Below, piece after piece: positions 39,434 to 50,334 of a DNA stretch of 64,000 nucleotides. Under the pieces are notes generated by a model that was given only the letters and a program-made list of their open reading frames with translations, was not told the origin of the DNA and made no database searches. Every line of letters begins with the position of its first letter. Position 1 is the first letter of the stretch. Where the stretch lies: contig JACQVF010000115.1 in assembly GCA_016209885.1 (NCBI GenBank), positions 31,472 through 95,471 on the forward strand, written 5' to 3'. The translations under genes and the position numbers were made by a program. Source of the stretch: Gemmatimonadota bacterium (GTDB lineage: Bacteria; Gemmatimonadota; Gemmatimonadetes; Longimicrobiales; Gaopeijiaceae).

Positions 39434-40823
39434 GGTCCCGGCCAAGCACCCGTTGCGCCCCTCGCTCCCCGAGCGTTTCGTCGCCCACGTGCGGCGGCGC
39501 CGCCTCTGGAGCACGGGCGATCGCGTCGTCGTGGCGGTGTCCGGCGGGCTCGACTCGCTGGTGCTCCTTCACCTGCTGCGTTTCACGGCGGAGGACCTGG
39601 CCCCGTACCTACACGTGGCCCACTTCGACCACCGCATGCGGCCCGGGAGCCGCATCGACGCCCGCTGGGTCCAGGGCGTCGCCGCCGCCTGGGAGTTGCC
39701 CGTCACCGTGGGAGCCGCCGACGAGCCGCTCGCCTCGGAGGCGGAGGCGCGCGAGCGCCGCTACGTGTTCCTGGAGGAGGTACGCTGCCAGGTGGACGCC
39801 CGCGTGGTGGCCACCGCGCACCACGCGGACGACCAGGCCGAGACGGTGCTCTTCCGCGTTCTTCGCGGCAGCGGGATCGGCGGGCTCGTCGGCATCGCCG
39901 AACGGCGCCCTCCCGGCATCGTGCGGCCGCTGCTCCCCTTCTTCCGCGCTGAGCTGGAGGCCTACGCCCGCGGGGCTCGTATCGGGCACCTGAAAGACCC
40001 CACCAACCAGCTTGTGACCTACGCCCGCAACTGGATCCGCCACGAGCTCCTGCCGAGCGTCGAAGGCGCGATCGCGCCCGGCGCCCGCCGCGCTCTGGTG
40101 CGCCTCGCACGCCTGGCTGGCGAGGCCGAGGCCGCCTGGCAAAGCCTGCTGCCGGCGCTCCTCGCGGACGTCGAGGCTCACGCCCAGGAGGACCGAATCG
40201 TCCTTGCCCGAAGCCGCTTTCTGAAACATCATGGCGATGTGCAGGCACGCATCCTGCGTGAAGCGCTGCGCCGCTTCGGGACCACGCTCGATCAATCGGG
40301 AACCCGGGCGGCGTTGGAGTTTATTATGTCCGGGGAAAGCGGCCGCACGATGACGATGGCTCGCGGCATCCGGATCCGGCGCGACTTCGATCGCATCGCC
40401 GTGATGCGGGAGTCGGATGAGCGGATCAGCGACCGGCCGCTCCGAATCGAGAGCCTCGGTCCGGGATCCGGAGAGCTCGTTGTGGCAGGGCGGCGCATGC
40501 GGGCGACCTGGTCGCCTGACGCGCCACCCGCGGGCCAGTGGTGCGAGGCATTCGCCCCGGAGGCCGTTGAACCACCGCTCACTCTCCGTGCCTGGCGTCC
40601 GGGCGACCGGCTCCGGCTGCCGTACGGATCGAAGAAGCTGAAGAAACTGCTGGCCGAACGGCGTATTCCTGCGGAGGACCGGTCCCGACTCCCGGTACTG
40701 GTGGACCGCCGCGGGACGGTGCTGTGGGTGCCGGGCATCGCGCGAAGCGTCGATGCCCTCGTGGACGCATCCGCGGCCCGGTTCTTCATCGCCCTGTCCG
40801 ATGCCCGCAACGATGCACGCTGA
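39420..40823 (+). CDS. tilS: tRNA(Ile)-lysidine synthetase
   Basis: PP-loop SGGLDS (VVVAVSGGLDSLVLLHLL), TilS substrate-binding and C-terminal domains; 467 aa. Confidence 0.8.
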   Translation: MTGAEVPAKHPLRPSLPERFVAHVRRRRLWSTGDRVVVAVSGGLDSLVLLHLLRFTAEDLAPYLHVAHFDHRMRPGSRIDARWVQGVAAAWELPVTVGAADEPLASEAEARERRYVFLEEVRCQVDARVVATAHHADDQAETVLFRVLRGSGIGGLVGIAERRPPGIVRPLLPFFRAELEAYARGARIGHLKDPTNQLVTYARNWIRHELLPSVEGAIAPGARRALVRLARLAGEAEAAWQSLLPALLADVEAHAQEDRIVLARSRFLKHHGDVQARILREALRRFGTTLDQSGTRAALEFIMSGESGRTMTMARGIRIRRDFDRIAVMRESDERISDRPLRIESLGPGSGELVVAGRRMRATWSPDAPPAGQWCEAFAPEAVEPPLTLRAWRPGDRLRLPYGSKKLKKLLAERRIPAEDRSRLPVLVDRRGTVLWVPGIARSVDALVDASAARFFIALSDARNDAR

Positions 40824-41361
40824 GACCGTAGCTCGTACGGGTGGACGCGAGCTCAAGCGAATCGTGTTCACCGAGCAGCGGATCCGGGAGCGCGTCCGGC
40901 AGATGGGCGAAGAGATCGCCGCCGCCTACCCGCCCGACGAAGAGCTTCTGGTGCTCGGACTGCTCAAGGGCTCGTTCATCTTTCTCGCGGATCTGGTCCG
41001 GCAGATCCGGCGGCCGCTCCAGGTGGATTTCCTGTCGGCGGCCAGCTATGGAGGTGCAACCGTCTCGAGCGGCGATGTGCGGCTGCTCTACGATCCGGAG
41101 GCGTCGCTGCAAGGGAGGCACGTAGTTCTGGCGGAAGACATCGTCGATAGCGGCAACACCATCAATCGGCTGGTGCCACTCCTCCAGGCGCGGAGTCCGT
41201 GCAGCCTGGAGATCTGCGCGCTGCTCCACAAGCGATTGACGACGCACCTGGCAAGGGAGCCGCGCTGGGTCGGGTTCGAGGCGCCCCGGGAGTTCCTGGT
41301 CGGCTACGGGCTCGACTTCAGCGAGAACTTCCGGCACCTCCCGTTCATCGCGAGCCTGTAG
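40813..41361 (+). CDS. hpt: Hypoxanthine phosphoribosyltransferase
   Basis: PRPP-binding motif [13 protein letters not shown] and type-I PRTase fold features; overlaps the tilS end. Confidence 0.85.
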   Translation: MHAETVARTGGRELKRIVFTEQRIRERVRQMGEEIAAAYPPDEELLVLGLLKGSFIFLADLVRQIRRPLQVDFLSAASYGGATVSSGDVRLLYDPEASLQGRHVVLAEDIVDSGNTINRLVPLLQARSPCSLEICALLHKRLTTHLAREPRWVGFEAPREFLVGYGLDFSENFRHLPFIASL

Positions 41362-41387
41362 GGGCGGCCGCATCACGTTGGGGAAAG

Positions 41388-43447
<2,060 letters not shown>

Positions 43448-43448
<1 letters not shown>

Positions 43449-44356
43449 TGACTGTGGGTTCGGGCGCGCCCGCCGGCGCGTCGGGGATCGGTCCGTGGCT
43501 CGGGGCCGATCCCCGTTTTGCTGGCTATTGGCAGGCGGGTGGCCGGCACATCCCTCTCGGCCGCCCCGTGATCCTGGGGGTCCTCAACCTGACGCCCGAC
43601 TCGTTTTCCGACGGGGGCGAGTTCACGACGGTTGACGCGGCGCTGCGGCGCGCCGAGACGCTACTCACGCAAGGGGCGGATATCCTGGATGTGGGCGGTG
43701 AGTCCACGCGCCCGGGTGCGGCGTCCGTCCCAGAGGGCGAAGAGCGGCGGCGAGTCGTCCCGTTCCTGGAGGCGGTGGCCCGCCGGTTCGACGTGCCTCT
43801 CTCCGTGGACACGCGGAAGGCCAGTGTGGCCAGGGCGGCCCTGGATGCGGGTGCCATCATCGTGAACGACGTCTCGGGCTTGGCCGCCGACCCGGCGATG
43901 GCGCCTCTCCTCGCGGAGCGCGGCGCCGGGGTTGTCCTCATGCACATGCGGGGCGAGCCCGCGACCATGCAGCAGCTTGCCACCTACAGGGACGTGGCGG
44001 GTGAAGTGGCGGCGGAGCTGGGGACGGCGGTGGATCGCGCCATCGCAGTGGGGATCCCCCGGGATGCCATCGTCGTGGACCCGGGGATCGGGTTCGCGAA
44101 GACCGCAGAGCAGAACTTCGTGCTGCTGCGCGAGCTCGGACGGATCGTCACGCTCGGGTACCCGGTGCTCGTGGGCCCCAGTCGCAAGAGCTTCATCGGG
44201 CGCATCCTGGGACTGCCGCCCAGGGAGCGGGTGGAGGGGACGATCGCCGCCTGCGTCCTGGCGCACGCCGCAGGCGCCCGGCTGTTCCGCGTCCACGACG
44301 TAGGAGCCGCACGCCGTGCGCTGACCGTGAGCCATTGGGTCCTGACGCACCCGTGA
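43448..44356 (+). CDS. folP: Dihydropteroate synthase
   Basis: Pterin-binding motifs (LGVLNLTPDSFSDGG, ADILDVGGESTRPGA). Confidence 0.9.
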
Positions 44357-45156
44357 ACGCGTTCGCCGACCAGATCGCCTTCCTGAGACCCGGCTGGACG
44401 GATCTCATCGAGATCCTGATCGTCGCCTTCCTCTTCTATCGCCTGCTGCTCCTGCTCCAGCGCACGCGAGCCATGCAGATGTTGCTGGGGCTGCTCCTGC
44501 TGGCGGGCACCTACTTCGGCGCGCGCATCCTCGGCTTCGAGCTCATCCGCTACCTGCTCGAGAACCTGTTCCAGTACGGTGCCATCGCGGCGCTCGTGGT
44601 CTTCCAGCCGGAGTTGCGGGCCGCGCTGGCCAGGCTGGGGCAGAGCCGCATGATGCGCCTGTTCACCCGGCGGCAGGAGAGCGAGGTTGTCGACGAGGTC
44701 GTGGAGGCCGTCGACCAGCTGTCGCGCTCGAACATCGGGGCGATCATCGCCATCGAGCGGGAGATCGCGCTGGACGAATACGCGCAGACCGGGAGTCCGT
44801 TGAACGCCCGGGTCAGCTCCGAGATGCTGCTCACCATCTTCACCCCCTACTCGCCGCTTCACGATGGCGCGGTGATCATCTCGGGGAACGTCGTCAAGGC
44901 GGCAGGCGTGATCCTGCCGCTCACCCAGTTCCCGGTTCACGACAAGACGTTGGGCACCCGACATCGCGCCGCCCTCGGGCTCAGTGAGGAGACCGATGCG
45001 CTGGTCGTGGTGGTGAGCGAGGAGACCTCCCGCGTCTCCGTGGCACAGCGGGGGCGGCTGGATGCGGGGGTCGAGCCCCAGCGGCTGCGCGAGATCCTCG
45101 CAGGCACCTTCGAGGGCCGCAGCGGCGTGGTCCGGCGCCCTGCGCCCGTGGGCTGA
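44353..45156 (+). CDS. cdaA: Diadenylate cyclase CdaA (DisA_N domain)
   Basis: GTG overlaps the folP stop. N-terminal TM helices, DAC motifs (GAIIAIERE, LHDGAVIISG, RHRAALG); folP-cdaA adjacency is common. Confidence 0.8.
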   Translation: MNAFADQIAFLRPGWTDLIEILIVAFLFYRLLLLLQRTRAMQMLLGLLLLAGTYFGARILGFELIRYLLENLFQYGAIAALVVFQPELRAALARLGQSRMMRLFTRRQESEVVDEVVEAVDQLSRSNIGAIIAIEREIALDEYAQTGSPLNARVSSEMLLTIFTPYSPLHDGAVIISGNVVKAAGVILPLTQFPVHDKTLGTRHRAALGLSEETDALVVVVSEETSRVSVAQRGRLDAGVEPQRLREILAGTFEGRSGVVRRPAPVG

Positions 45157-45221
45157 GGGCGGTGCGGCATCGCGGGAGGAAGGGTCTCGGGAGGCGCCTA
45201 AACGCCCCTCCGCCCGTCACA

Positions 45222-45250
45222 TTGACAGCGCGGAGGCTGCCCCGTACATT
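45222..45250 (+). promoter_or_regulatory. Sigma70-like promoter TTGACA-17 nt-TACATT upstream of exbB
   Basis: Near-consensus hexamers with 17-nt spacer in the cdaA-exbB gap, followed by an AT-rich imperfect dyad around TTTACAGTTCTACCCGGTATACAT. Confidence 0.4.
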
Positions 45251-45376
45251 CTCGCGCATCTCGCCGGACGTGGATACCTTTTTACAGTTCTACCCGGTAT
45301 ACATGGGGGCCGGGTCAGCGCCGCATGCGGTACACCTGGGCTGGGCGGCGCGGTCGACGGTCGAAAGGAGACAGGC

Positions 45377-46054
45377 TTGCAAGACGAGGGCGTACGCTAC
45401 CAGCTACTGACGCTCTTTGCGGACGGCGGGTTCATGATGTACCCGCTCGTCCTATGCTCGCTGCTGGCGCTGGGCGTGATCATCGCGAAGGCCTGGGCCC
45501 TCTGGACTGCGCATCGGCACACCGGCAGGGTGCTCGGCGAGGTGGGCGAGCTGGCGGGCAGCGGTAAGCTGGCTGAGGCGATTCGGGTGGCGGGCGACAC
45601 GCCAGGTCCGGTGGCGGCGATCCTTCTGGCGGGCCTTCGGCGTATTCAGGAGCGGCGGATCGGGCGCGAGATGGAGCAGGCGATCACGACCACGGGCACC
45701 ATCGAGCTCGGCTTCCTCGAGCGCGGGCTCGTGGTGCTGGCGACCGTGTCGAACGTGGCGCCGCTCATGGGCTTCCTCGGTACGGTCATCGGGATGATCA
45801 TCGCGTTCGGCGCCATCGAGGTGGCGGGCCAGGTGGAGCCGGCGCTCGTGGCGGGGGGCATCAAGATTGCGTTGCTGACCACGGCGGCCGGCCTGATCAT
45901 TGCGATTCCCGTGAACATCGCCTACAACTACTTCGTCACCCGGGTGGACAAGCTGATCCTGGAGATGGAGGAGGGCACCCAGCAGGTGCTCGACCTGGCC
46001 TGGGACCTGGAGAAGTCGGGAGTGCTGGACAGGGTGACTGCGGCCGCCTCGTAG
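45377..46054 (+). CDS. exbB: MotA/TolQ/ExbB proton-channel protein
   Basis: TTG start with AGGAG 8 nt upstream. Three TM helices, conserved GFLGTVIGMI region. Confidence 0.75.
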   Translation: MQDEGVRYQLLTLFADGGFMMYPLVLCSLLALGVIIAKAWALWTAHRHTGRVLGEVGELAGSGKLAEAIRVAGDTPGPVAAILLAGLRRIQERRIGREMEQAITTTGTIELGFLERGLVVLATVSNVAPLMGFLGTVIGMIIAFGAIEVAGQVEPALVAGGIKIALLTTAAGLIIAIPVNIAYNYFVTRVDKLILEMEEGTQQVLDLAWDLEKSGVLDRVTAAAS

Positions 46055-46139
46055 GCGGGACCGGGGTGGGCGAACCGGCCCGGAACCAGGGCGGAACGTC
46101 CTGAGTAGTATGTTAGGGATGAGTCAGGAGGATTTGGTC

Positions 46140-46565
46140 ATGGCCATGCTGCAACCCAGGTCGAAGGTGAGCTCGGATATCCCCTCCGCCTCCATGGCGG
46201 ACATCGCCTTCCTGCTGCTGATCTTCTTCCTGTCCTCCACGGTGTTCAACGAGGAGCAAGGGCTGCCGATTGTGCTGCCCGAGGCCGCGGAGGAGGTGGC
46301 GGTCGCGCAGAAGAACATCCTGCACCTCATCGTGCAGCCGAACGGGCTCGTGGAAGTCAAGCGCGGCGAGAGCGTGCAGACGCAGCAGGTCAGTCCCGAT
46401 GATCTGGAAGCGATCTGGCGCCAGGAGGTTGCGGCGAATCCCAATCTGATCGCGGCCGTCAAGACGCACCCGGACGCTTCCTATCGGTTCATGGTGGATG
46501 TGCTCGACGCGCTGCAGTCCGCGAGTGCGGAGCGGATCTCTCTTCAGTTGCTTGAGGGCAGGTAG
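46140..46565 (+). CDS. exbD: ExbD/TolR biopolymer transport protein (copy 1)
   Basis: AGGAGG RBS. ADIAFLLLIFFL TM helix. Confidence 0.75.
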   Translation: MAMLQPRSKVSSDIPSASMADIAFLLLIFFLSSTVFNEEQGLPIVLPEAAEEVAVAQKNILHLIVQPNGLVEVKRGESVQTQQVSPDDLEAIWRQEVAANPNLIAAVKTHPDASYRFMVDVLDALQSASAERISLQLLEGR

Positions 46566-46567
46566 CC

Positions 46568-47017
46568 ATGGCGATCAGGGGCGCAGGATTCAAGCGGAAA
46601 TCGAAGGCGGCGAGCGCGATCCCGACGTGTTCGATGGCTGATATCGCGTTCTTGCTCTTGATCTTCTTCATGGCCTCGACGACGTTCCGGGCGGAGCAGG
46701 TGCGGCAGATCGCCTGGCCGACGGCCGAGGCGACGCAGAAGATCGACGAGAAGAGGAAGAACGTGCTGCACGTCTGGGTGGAGCAGGACGGGGGTATCTG
46801 GATTAACGACCAGCGTCTGCCCACGGAGCAGGTCTCCACCGTGGTGGCGCCCCTCTACGTGGAGACGGAGCGCCGGCTGGTCGTGGCGATCCGCGGGGAC
46901 CAGGAGGTCCCGTACCGGATCATGGACTCGCTTCAGAAGGAGCTCCAGGAGGCGGGCGCGGTGCGGGTCACGTTCGCCACGCGCCTGGAGAAGCGCAGAA
47001 CGAGGGAAGAGCGATGA
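46568..47017 (+). CDS. exbD: ExbD/TolR biopolymer transport protein (copy 2)
   Basis: Paralogous ADIAFLLLIFFM helix; ~149 aa. Confidence 0.75.
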   Translation: MAIRGAGFKRKSKAASAIPTCSMADIAFLLLIFFMASTTFRAEQVRQIAWPTAEATQKIDEKRKNVLHVWVEQDGGIWINDQRLPTEQVSTVVAPLYVETERRLVVAIRGDQEVPYRIMDSLQKELQEAGAVRVTFATRLEKRRTREER

Positions 47018-47727
47018 GCGCAGCGGCGGATAGCACGGTTACCACGCCTTCTCAGGGGCTGGAGGCGCGATTCGAGACGGCGAACGACCGGTTCAAGAAG
47101 TCGTTCGGTGCGTGGTTTGCGGGTTCGATCATCTTGGCGAGCTTGTTCCACTTCGCGCTGTTCAACTACTGGCCAGCGATGACCGCCCAAGACATCTCGT
47201 TCACGGCGGAGGAGTTGGAGGCCGTCGAGCTCCCGCCCGAGATCGAGATCCCGCCCCCACCTCAAGCGATCGCGCGTCCGGGGACGCCGGTGGTGGCCGA
47301 GACCGCGGTGGAGGAGGACATCACCATCGCGCCGACCACGTTCTCGGAGAACCCGGTGGAGAACCTGCCCCCTCCGCCCTCGCAGCGTGGAGGGGGCGAG
47401 GACGAGGAGCTGGCGGCGGCCCCGCGCTTCACGCCCATGACCGTGCGGCCGGACATCCTGAACCGGGATGAGGTCGGGCGGGCGCTCGAGCGCGAGTATC
47501 CGCCGTTGCTCCGCGATGCCGGGATCGGCGGCACGGTGGTCGTATGGTTCTTCATCGACGAGGAAGGCAGGGTGCAGAGGACCCAGGTCGCGAAGTCGTC
47601 CGGGCACAAGGCGCTCGACGAGGCGGCGATCCGCGTGGCCGATCTCTACCGCTTCTCGCCGGCCATGAACCGCGACAAGAAGGTGAAGGTTTGGGTCCAG
47701 ATCCCCGTCACGTTCAAGACGCGCTGA
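47014..47727 (+). CDS. tonB: Energy transducer TonB
   Basis: N-terminal TM, Pro-rich spacer (PPEIEIPPPP), C-terminal TonB domain (GIGGTVVVWFFIDEEGRV ... VPVTFK). Confidence 0.7.
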   Translation: MSAAADSTVTTPSQGLEARFETANDRFKKSFGAWFAGSIILASLFHFALFNYWPAMTAQDISFTAEELEAVELPPEIEIPPPPQAIARPGTPVVAETAVEEDITIAPTTFSENPVENLPPPPSQRGGGEDEELAAAPRFTPMTVRPDILNRDEVGRALEREYPPLLRDAGIGGTVVVWFFIDEEGRVQRTQVAKSSGHKALDEAAIRVADLYRFSPAMNRDKKVKVWVQIPVTFKTR

Positions 47728-47753
47728 CGACGGCACGGCCGCTTCGCGGAAGG

Positions 47754-47785
47754 AACCCCGCCGGTCGAGCCGGCGGGGTTTTTTC
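47754..47785 (+). terminator. Rho-independent terminator AACCCCGCCGG-tcgag-CCGGCGGGGTT followed by TTTTTT
   Basis: 11-bp GC stem, 5-nt loop and a 7-T run, 27 nt after the tonB stop. Confidence 0.8.
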
Positions 47786-47864
47786 GTGACCGTCCCTTGG
47801 GGCCCGCGGAGCCGACGCGCCGCGGCGTTGTAGGCCTCCGGAGCGTCGGCTAACATATAGGCTC

Positions 47865-48560
47865 ATGTATCTCTCGAGGATCCGGGAAGCGCTGCCGAGG
47901 GTTCGCGACAACATCGCCCGTGCAGCCGTGCGCGCTGGTGGCCGTGAGGAGGACGTTACGATCGTCGCGGTCACGAAGGGACACCCCCGGGATGCGGTGG
48001 ACGCCGCGCTCGCTGTGGGACTCCGCGACATCGGCGAGAACCGGGTGCACGAGCTGGAGGCACGCGTGACGGCGGTGAGCCGTGAAGCGGCAATCTGGCA
48101 TATGATCGGGCACCTCCAGCGCAACAAGGTGCCGCGGGCCGTGGGCCTGTTCGACCTGCTCCACTCGCTCGATTCGCTTCGGCTGGCCGAGCGACTTTCC
48201 CGGGAGGCGGTGGAGCGGGACCTCACGCTCCGCGTGCTCGTACAGGTGAAGACGTCGGGCGAGGAGGCGAAGAGCGGCTTTTCGGCGCTGGAAGCGCCGG
48301 ACGCGTTGGGCCGGATGCTCGCGCTCCCGGGACTTCGGGTCTGCGGAGTCATGGCCATGGCACCCCTGACGCAGGACGAGCACGTACTTCGAAGCTCGTT
48401 TCGCCGTGCGCGGGAGATCTTCGAGCAGGCCCGCCACCAGGCGGGGTTCGAGCCCTGTCACCTGTCCATGGGGATGACGAACGATTATGAGATCGCCGTG
48501 GAGGAGGGTAGCACCATGGTGCGCCTCGGCACGGCGTTGCTCGGGGAGCGCGCGGGATGA
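47865..48560 (+). CDS. yggS: YggS-family pyridoxal-phosphate homeostasis protein
   Basis: VTKGHP PLP-Lys motif; ~231 aa. Confidence 0.85.
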   Translation: MYLSRIREALPRVRDNIARAAVRAGGREEDVTIVAVTKGHPRDAVDAALAVGLRDIGENRVHELEARVTAVSREAAIWHMIGHLQRNKVPRAVGLFDLLHSLDSLRLAERLSREAVERDLTLRVLVQVKTSGEEAKSGFSALEAPDALGRMLALPGLRVCGVMAMAPLTQDEHVLRSSFRRAREIFEQARHQAGFEPCHLSMGMTNDYEIAVEEGSTMVRLGTALLGERAG

Positions 48561-49369
48561 TCGATCTCACACCGCTGGATGTGCGCAAGAAGCGTGGCGA
48601 TTTCGGCCGCGCGTTTCGAGGATACACTCGGGAGGAAGTCGACGGCTACCTCGAACTTGTGGCCGAGCGGCTCGAGGAGCTCGTGCGCGATAACCTGACG
48701 CTGCGCGAGCGCGGGGAGCGGCTGGCGGAGCAGGTCGCGGCGTTCCAGGAGCGCGAACGCGCAGTGCAGGACGCCATCGTCACCGCCGAGAAGCTGAGAG
48801 ACGAGATCCGGACGCATGCGCTGCGGGAGGCCGAGCTCTTGCGCCGGGAGGCGGAGGCCGAGCTCGAGAGCGCACGCGCGGCAACCGAGCGGCTGGTGGC
48901 AGAGCGCCGTGCCGTGCTCGCGGATCTGGGACACAGGCGCATGCGCTTCCTTCACCAGTGGCGCGCGTTCCTTGAGCGGGAGATGGATGAGCTGGAGCTC
49001 GAGGAGGCGCGCATGCGCCTGGCCGGGGAGACGGCGCTCGAAGACATGGGGCGGCGGCCGGCGACGGCGCGTGGAGGTGAAGTCTCTGTGCCCCCGGACG
49101 GCGCCGCGCCGCCCGAGGTGGCGCCCGCGGGCACCCTCCCGGCGAGCGACTCCCCGGAGATGGCGGCGGCCCGTATGGCCTCGGGCACGGCGGAGGAGGA
49201 GGCCCGCCGTGAGGAGGCGGCTGAGACGGCTGCCGCGGCGCAGATCGTCCCGCGGTCGGGGCCGGAGGAGCGCGCCTCGGACGCGGCGGCGCAGGGGGAG
49301 GATGCGACGGAAGCGGGTGAACCGCTGTGGCTCTCCTCGATCTTGGACGAGGAGGAACAGCAGCGGTGA
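48557..49369 (+). CDS. DivIVA-domain cell-division protein
   Basis: N-terminal DivIVA motif (LTPLDVRKKRGDFGRAFRGY), long coiled coil, acidic tail. Confidence 0.7.
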   Translation: MIDLTPLDVRKKRGDFGRAFRGYTREEVDGYLELVAERLEELVRDNLTLRERGERLAEQVAAFQERERAVQDAIVTAEKLRDEIRTHALREAELLRREAEAELESARAATERLVAERRAVLADLGHRRMRFLHQWRAFLEREMDELELEEARMRLAGETALEDMGRRPATARGGEVSVPPDGAAPPEVAPAGTLPASDSPEMAAARMASGTAEEEARREEAAETAAAAQIVPRSGPEERASDAAAQGEDATEAGEPLWLSSILDEEEQQR

Positions 49370-50199
49370 GCGGGACGGCGGCCGCGTCGATGGCACGGCT
49401 GCGTGAAGCGGCGGACGCCGTACGGTCCCGGACCCCCCTCGTGCCGGAGCTCGCCATCATCCTGGGCACGGGCCTCGGGCGCCTGGCCGAGGACATCGAG
49501 GACGCGGTTTCCGTGCCGTACGAGGCCATCCCCCACTTCGCCCTCTCTACCGTGGAAACACACACGGGGCGTCTCATCCTGGGAGTCCTCGAAGGGAAGC
49601 GAGTCGCCGCCATGCAGGGCCGCTTCCACCGGTACGAGGGCTATGCGCTCGAGCAGGTGACGTTCCCGGTGCGGGTGATGAAGCTCCTGGGCGCGCGCGT
49701 GCTCATCGTGTCGAGCGCGTGCGGGGGAATGAATCCGTTGTGGTACCCGGGGGACCTGGTCCTCCTGGACGACCATATCAACCTTCTGGGCGACAATCCG
49801 CTCATCGGGCCGAACCTGGACGAGCTGGGGCCGCGCTTCCCCGACCTGTCAGAGCCGTACGACCGGGAGCTGCAGCGCCTCGCCCAGGAGGTGGCGCTCG
49901 AGCTGAAGATCCCGCTCCGCCGCGGTGTGTACGTGGCCGTCACGGGGCCGAACCTGGAGACGCGCGCCGAGTACCGGATGCTCCGGGCGCTGGGGGCGGA
50001 TGTCGTCGGAATGTCCACGGTTCCGGAAGTCATCGTGGCGCGACACATGGGAATGCGGACTGTCGGGATCAGCATCATCACGGACGCGTGCTTCCCCGAC
50101 GCCCTCGAGCCCGCGGACGTGGAGGAGATTATCCGCACGGCGATGAGCGCGGAGCCGAAGCTCACGGTGCTGATTCGGGGCGTAGTGCGCCGGATCTGA
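49366..50199 (+). CDS. punA: Purine nucleoside phosphorylase (PunA/PNP-I type)
   Basis: GTG overlaps the divIVA stop. PNP motifs (GTGLG, GRFHRYEGY, VGMSTVPEVIVARH). Confidence 0.85.
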   Translation: MSGTAAASMARLREAADAVRSRTPLVPELAIILGTGLGRLAEDIEDAVSVPYEAIPHFALSTVETHTGRLILGVLEGKRVAAMQGRFHRYEGYALEQVTFPVRVMKLLGARVLIVSSACGGMNPLWYPGDLVLLDDHINLLGDNPLIGPNLDELGPRFPDLSEPYDRELQRLAQEVALELKIPLRRGVYVAVTGPNLETRAEYRMLRALGADVVGMSTVPEVIVARHMGMRTVGISIITDACFPDALEPADVEEIIRTAMSAEPKLTVLIRGVVRRI

Positions 50200-50292
50200 T
50201 TGGTTTGGCGATTCGCGGTTCGCGCTCCGTGGTCTCGTGATCAAGCACCTCATGTGCGGTTGCGGGTCCGTCGCAGGGCAAGGAATGAACCC

Positions 50293-50326
50293 ATCGCGAA
50301 TCGCTGATCGCGAATCGCTGATCGCA
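50293..50326. repeat. 14-bp direct repeat ATCGCGAATCGCTG x2 plus a partial copy in the ileS leader
   Basis: Directly visible, 9-42 nt upstream of the ileS ATG. Confidence 0.6.
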
Positions 50327-50334
50327 CGAAACCC

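Noticed and set aside
50200-50334. T-box leader upstream of ileS
   Set aside because: The leader is only ~135 nt, and no specifier-loop/T-box (AATTAGGGTGGNACCGCG) sequence is present.
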